From a virus, in IMG/VR virus record IMGVR_UViG_3300029702_000014, positions 1-42,877 of that record: a DNA stretch of 42,877 bases; one strand, written 5' to 3'. The notes under the pieces were generated by a model. It searched no databases, was not told the DNA's origin, and worked only from the letters and a program-made list of their open reading frames with translations. Below are positions 39,586-42,877 of the stretch, one piece after another. The translations under genes were made by a program, and so were the position numbers. Numbering within the stretch: the stretch's first letter is position 1; each line of letters opens with the position of its first letter.

Positions 39586-41484
39586 ATGATTGAGCAAAGC
39601 GTATCTCTCGCATCCAATGGCGTCGTCAAAGTGCCCGGCTATGAGCAGATGGTGCGCTTTGGCTACACCAAGAACCGGGGCGTGTACCGCCTTACCGTCA
39701 CTGCCACCGGCGAGTGGGAAGGGCTGACCATCCGGGCGTTCTGGCACGTCCCGGACGGCAAAGACCCGGAATCCTCGCTGGTGGTGGACGGCTCTGTGGA
39801 CGTGCCCGCCAGCGTGACCGCACAGCCCGGCAATGGTTGCATCACCTTTGAGGGAAGCAACGGCACCAAGACCGTGACCAGCAAAGATCTGCGGTATCGT
39901 GTCAGCGCCAACAGCGGCACAGAGGACGGCGCAGAGCCAGAACCGGGTACCCCTGCATGGCAGCAGCTGGTGGATGCTGTCCACACCGATGCCACCACCG
40001 CAGAGCAGGCCAAGACCGATGCACAGACCGCCGCCCGTGAAGCCGCCGCCAGTGCGGACAATGCAGACCAGAGCGCTCAGGAAGCCGCTGACAGTTTGCA
40101 AGAGCTGAAGGACGGCATTGCAAACGGCGACTTCAAAGGCGAACAAGGCCCTCAAGGCCCCATCGGCCCTGTTGGCCCGCAGGGCGAACAAGGCCCTCAA
40201 GGCCCCACAGGTGCTACCGGAGCCACTGGTCCGCAGGGTGAAACTGGTCCCCGTGGTGAGCAAGGGCCGCAAGGCATTCAGGGTGAGCGTGGTCCACAGG
40301 GCGAACAGGGCCTGAAAGGCGACACCGGCGACGTTGGGCCACAGGGGCCTAAAGGTGACATTGGCCCGGCAGGTGCAGACGGCAAAGATGCCCCGCAAAT
40401 TGATGACACCACCGTGACCGACTCTGCCCCGTGGAGCAGCAAGCACATCATTGATATGCTCTGTCCGCCGCTGGAAGAAAGCGGCAACCCCGTTGTGTGC
40501 TACCCGGTGGCGGGCTATCCGCTGGGGGTGACTGCCAGCTGGGAGCCGACGCAGGAAGGAAGTGGTGACCCATCACCTGACAATGTTCGCCCGATTAAGG
40601 GCAGGGACAGCGTGACGGTCGAGCGGTGCGGGGAAAACCTATGGAGTTTTGGGAATGTTAGTTTCATGCGATACAAAGAGATATCAACAAACTATCCTGC
40701 TGGTAAATATGTGCTTTCTTGCGAAGTAGAAACCGAATCAACATCCGATACTGTCCAAGTTGGCCGGTTTGTTGATGGTAATTGGAAATACTCACAAGAA
40801 CGGAAAAACAAACGAATTATAATTTTGATTAGCGCAAGTGTTGGAATTTCTGCTTTTCGGTTTTATTCTGGTTCGTCTCCGGCGGATCATAGCAATACAA
40901 CATACAAAAATATCCAGCTGGAATTAGGGAACGGCGCCACCACCTACGCCCCATACACCGGCCAAACCGCCATCCTCACACTGCCCCGCACCATCTACGG
41001 AGGCACGGTGGATGCAGTGACTGGAGAAAGCGGCGAAAACGCCAAAATCATTGTAGTCGATGGAGATGATATTAAATTTGTGTCAACTTCACAGAACAAG
41101 TATTGGAACTTACCAATGAGAAGCGACTCTGGGGCTTCTGGTATTTTGGAATCAAGCCATTTTAGGAGTGGAACATTCTCTCTTAATAAAAACTACGAAT
41201 TCATATTTACCCAGCCGACGATACTGACGGGTTTATTTTCGTCCGTTGATGAACTTAACGCTTACTGCGCCGCCCAGTACGCAGCAGGAACCCCTGTGCA
41301 AATCGCTTACAAGCTGGCCAGCCCCGTCCCCATCACGGCCACTGGCGCACAGCCCATCTCTTCTCTGAGCGGCGCAAACACCGTCCTGACCGATGCAGAC
41401 AGCGTGACGGTGACCGGCAGAGCAGACCCCATCAAACGCATTACGGACCTCGAGGACGCAGTAGCGTCCATGACAACGAACTAA
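39586..41484 (+). CDS. Collagen-repeat tail fibre / receptor-binding protein encoded downstream of the lysis genes
   Basis: RBS AAGGAG. 632 aa with 28 uninterrupted G-X-Y triplets. The C-terminal region is compositionally mosaic. Confidence 0.8.
   Translation: MIEQSVSLASNGVVKVPGYEQMVRFGYTKNRGVYRLTVTATGEWEGLTIRAFWHVPDGKDPESSLVVDGSVDVPASVTAQPGNGCITFEGSNGTKTVTSKDLRYRVSANSGTEDGAEPEPGTPAWQQLVDAVHTDATTAEQAKTDAQTAAREAAASADNADQSAQEAADSLQELKDGIANGDFKGEQGPQGPIGPVGPQGEQGPQGPTGATGATGPQGETGPRGEQGPQGIQGERGPQGEQGLKGDTGDVGPQGPKGDIGPAGADGKDAPQIDDTTVTDSAPWSSKHIIDMLCPPLEESGNPVVCYPVAGYPLGVTASWEPTQEGSGDPSPDNVRPIKGRDSVTVERCGENLWSFGNVSFMRYKEISTNYPAGKYVLSCEVETESTSDTVQVGRFVDGNWKYSQERKNKRIIILISASVGISAFRFYSGSSPADHSNTTYKNIQLELGNGATTYAPYTGQTAILTLPRTIYGGTVDAVTGESGENAKIIVVDGDDIKFVSTSQNKYWNLPMRSDSGASGILESSHFRSGTFSLNKNYEFIFTQPTILTGLFSSVDELNAYCAAQYAAGTPVQIAYKLASPVPITATGAQPISSLSGANTVLTDADSVTVTGRADPIKRITDLEDAVASMTTN
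40138..40389 (+). repeat. Collagen-like (G-X-Y) x 28 coding repeat
   Basis: Counted in the translation, from GEQ GPQ GPI ... to GAD GKD. Confidence 0.95.
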
Positions 41485-41497
41485 AGGAGGACTGACT

Positions 41498-41722
41498 ATG
41501 GCAATTAAATCCAAAGCCAGGCACGACCTAACGTTACGCTCCATTAAGCGGGAAATCGCTGCAGGACGCGATGTTGCGTTCTGGCTGGATAAAGCATACG
41601 TGCACTACGACAACGGACTGCTGACCGCAGATGACATCACAGAGGTGGAGACGCTGGCGCAGGCGTACTACGATGCACTGGATGCTGAGGATGCGGCGGA
41701 CGCCGAGGAAATCACACTGTAA
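41498..41722 (+). CDS. 74-aa acidic hypothetical protein
   Basis: RBS AAGGAGGA lies 6 nt upstream. Confidence 0.65.
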   Translation: MAIKSKARHDLTLRSIKREIAAGRDVAFWLDKAYVHYDNGLLTADDITEVETLAQAYYDALDAEDAADAEEITL

Positions 41723-41732
41723 GGAGGATATC

Positions 41733-41951
41733 ATGGCAAGCACTACATACCGCCATCTCGGTGACGTCACTGGGATGTTCGCCGCACAAGAGCAATTTCG
41801 GCACGTCACGAAAATGGTGACAAAATGTCACCGGTTTGCCGTGCTTGGCAATATGGTACGCAACGCCGGGCAGCTGCCGCAGCCTTTTTGGCTCGGTGCT
41901 GCCTGTGGCGGCGGCTCGTGTAGTGCTGCCCGCTGCGCTGCAAGGACTTGA
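41733..41951 (+). CDS. 5' part of a probably frameshifted regulator gene (frame A)
   Basis: A strong RBS, AAGGAGGA, lies 4 nt before ATG 41733. After the T5 run at 41885..41889 this frame becomes low-complexity (GAACGGGSCSAARCAART). Confidence 0.5.
   Translation: MASTTYRHLGDVTGMFAAQEQFRHVTKMVTKCHRFAVLGNMVRNAGQLPQPFWLGAACGGGSCSAARCAART
41761..41831. repeat. Five GTCAC/GTGAC pentamers, including the perfect palindrome GTGACGTCAC
   Basis: Pentamers at 41761-65, 41766-70, 41805-09, 41817-21 and 41827-31. Confidence 0.6.
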
Positions 41952-42129
41952 CCGGCAGCAGATGACAGCAGCCATCAAAAGCGCACCGCTTGGGAGGGTA
42001 GACCGTAAGATAGCCTTACTGCGGTACGTTGAGCGGCTCCCGCTGCCGGACATTGCAGCACAGACACATTACAGCCGGACGGCGATAAGCTACCGGCTGA
42101 AAGGCATTGAAAAAATGCTGAATGCGTGA
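41836..42129 (+). CDS. 3' part (frame B, +1 relative to frame A) encoding a sigma-70 region-4-like HTH
   Basis: VDRKIALLRYVERLPLPDIAAQTHYSRTAISYRLKGIEKML. There is no RBS before the TTG at 41836, and frame B is closed upstream at 41818. Confidence 0.55.
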   Translation: MPCLAIWYATPGSCRSLFGSVLPVAAARVVLPAALQGLDRQQMTAAIKSAPLGRVDRKIALLRYVERLPLPDIAAQTHYSRTAISYRLKGIEKMLNA

Positions 42130-42187
42130 TATAATATTTGTACCGTCCGAAGTAGCGTACACACACTTCGGAGAAATGTGTACAGAG

Positions 42188-42227
42188 AGCCAGCGGAAGA
42201 ACGTTTACCCGCTGGCTTTTCTTTTTG
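42188..42227 (+). terminator. Intrinsic terminator ending the long rightward late operon
   Basis: Perfect 9-bp stem AGCCAGCGG / CCGCTGGCT, 12-nt loop, then TTTCTTTTT. Confidence 0.7.
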
Positions 42228-42236
42228 CACGAATTG

Positions 42237-42245
42237 TGGTATAAT
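42237..42245 (+). promoter_or_regulatory. Extended -10 promoter TGGTATAAT
   Basis: TG-n-TATAAT read directly. There is no good -35 at 17 nt. Confidence 0.4.
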
Positions 42246-42251
42246 AATCTC

Positions 42252-42452
42252 AACAAATCCTCCCGGCCTCTCGGAGAAGCGCATTAGGGTGGATATTTGC
42301 CAGCTAGCCCAGTGCTTTATCTGGGAATGAAAAAAGCGGTTGCCAGATAGGTGCCGGCCAGTCTCCCGCCCGCCTAATTGCAGTGCGTACCATGTGAGAG
42401 ACGCATAAAACCCCCGGTGTTCCGTTTGGAGCATCGGGGGTCTTTCTATTTT
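42252..42452 (+). ncRNA. Candidate ~200-nt non-coding transcript between the extended -10 promoter and the bidirectional terminator
   Basis: The only RBS-less + strand ORF here is 7 codons long. Internal hairpin CCCAG-TGCTTTAT-CTGGG. TTGCCAG(C/A)TAG occurs twice. Confidence 0.3.
42410..42452. terminator. Bidirectional intrinsic terminator; ends the leftward AP2 operon and the candidate ncRNA
   Basis: Stem ACCCCCG / CGGGGGT, flanked by ATAAAA on the left and CTTTCTATTTTTT on the right. Confidence 0.6.
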
Positions 42453-42877
42453 TTCTCTTTTTTGATTTCTTCGAGACGTCTTGCAAGCTCTTCTTCCCAT
42501 CCCTCATGTTCTTTTAGAAATGGGGCGTATATCAGCTCTTCAGCTGCTTTGCGGGCCGCAACGGCTTCCTCGATTGTATCATGGGTTCCAAGATATGTCT
42601 TGTGTCCTTTAAAGCAAATTACAGCGCGGTAACGATTTTTGTCTTTGAAAACGCCACTGTGCCCTGTGGTCGAGTTTTGATTAACCTTCCCGCTAAGACG
42701 CGACTTTACAGATACAAGGCTTGATCCATCCACATCCGCTTCACGATGAATCGTATCAGAGGCGAGCTTGACGTTATTGGTACACTTCTTACATTTTGAA
42801 ATTTTTTTCACTTGAAACAGACGCATATCAGACTTTCTGCCACAAACAGGGCACAATGCGGTACAAAAGAGGTCATT
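42446..42877 (-). CDS. AP2-domain DNA-binding protein, C-terminal part. Its 5' end continues at 387..1 through the circular junction; the last 99 nt here duplicate 1..99.
   Basis: AP2-like segment HSGVFKDKNRYRAVICFKGHKTYLGTHDTIEEAVAARKAAEE. In frame with the ORF that starts at 387. Confidence 0.8.
   Translation of the reverse strand, partial: NDLFCTALCPVCGRKSDMRLFQVKKISKCKKCTNNVKLASDTIHREADVDGSSLVSVKSRLSGKVNQNSTTGHSGVFKDKNRYRAVICFKGHKTYLGTHDTIEEAVAARKAAEELIYAPFLKEHEGWEEELARRLEEIKKEKK
42779..42877. repeat. Right copy of the 99-nt terminal overlap
   Basis: Identical to 1..99. Confidence 0.95.

Noticed and set aside
2480-40446. Long opposite-strand ORFs in the track: 2480..3544(-), 11268..12248(-), 13369..14286(-), 15246..16187(-), 22770..23555(-), 27365..28375(-), 35288..36193(-), 37191..38216(-) and 39214..40446(-)
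   Set aside because: Each lies antisense to a gene with a strong RBS and recognisable motifs (membrane protein, DUF7666-like, DUF1351-like, SSB/organiser, terL, capsid, Tal, fibre). They lack RBSs and translate to Arg/Ala/Gly/Cys-rich low-complexity sequence. These are typical shadow ORFs of GC-rich coding DNA.
39586-41484. Diversity-generating retroelement targeting the fibre gene
   Set aside because: There is no reverse transcriptase gene anywhere in the genome, and I saw no near-identical template repeat of the fibre C-terminus.
42090-42507. Minus-strand ORFs 42090..42500 and 42304..42507
   Set aside because: They span two terminators and a promoter-like element, have no RBS, and are downstream of the AP2 operon terminator.

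Overview
The window is one complete temperate siphovirus-type phage genome. Nt 1-99 are identical to nt 42779-42877, so the unique length is 42,778 bp, and one gene reads through that junction. attP is intact, so this is an excised or episomal form, not an integrated prophage. RBSs are strong AAGGAGG-type and the sequence is GC-rich by eye. Together with a GH25 lysin, an LL-H-type holin and SPP1-like head genes, this suggests a GC-rich Firmicute (Clostridia-like) host; that is inference only. Order along the + strand: (1) a leftward operon at 1154 down to 1, continuing across the junction to 42446, with a strong operator-bearing promoter, an extremely acidic small protein, an HTH protein and an AP2/zinc-ribbon protein. 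(2) A rightward seven-gene cargo cluster of unknown function (1389-4593) that would lie next to attR in a lysogen. (3) attP built on the 3' half of a tRNA-Thr(UGU)-like sequence, then a tyrosine integrase and an XRE regulator. (4) A lower-GC accessory island at 6750-8852. (5) The immunity switch (CI-like repressor, three 13-mer operators, a consensus promoter, Cro-like protein, antirepressor). (6) Small early genes and the replication/recombination module (DUF1351-like, RecT, SSB, DnaD-like organiser with internal iterons, G39P-like loader, PAPS-reductase-like, RusA, sigma-region-4-like late regulator). (7) A 743-nt non-coding island with tRNA-Trp, two tRNA-shaped but non-canonical elements and two terminators. 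(8) A ParB-methyltransferase fusion, TerS/TerL, portal, MuF-like protein, tRNA-Lys, scaffold, capsid, connectors, major tail protein, G/GT chaperone with a -1 slippery site, tape measure, Dit, Tal and fibre-like proteins. (9) Lysis genes (GH25 endolysin, LL-H-type holin). (10) A collagen-repeat fibre gene placed after lysis, a probably frameshifted second sigma-r4-like gene, and a promoter-to-terminator non-coding unit. Functional calls rest on motifs I can read in the translations and on gene order. No database search was run.
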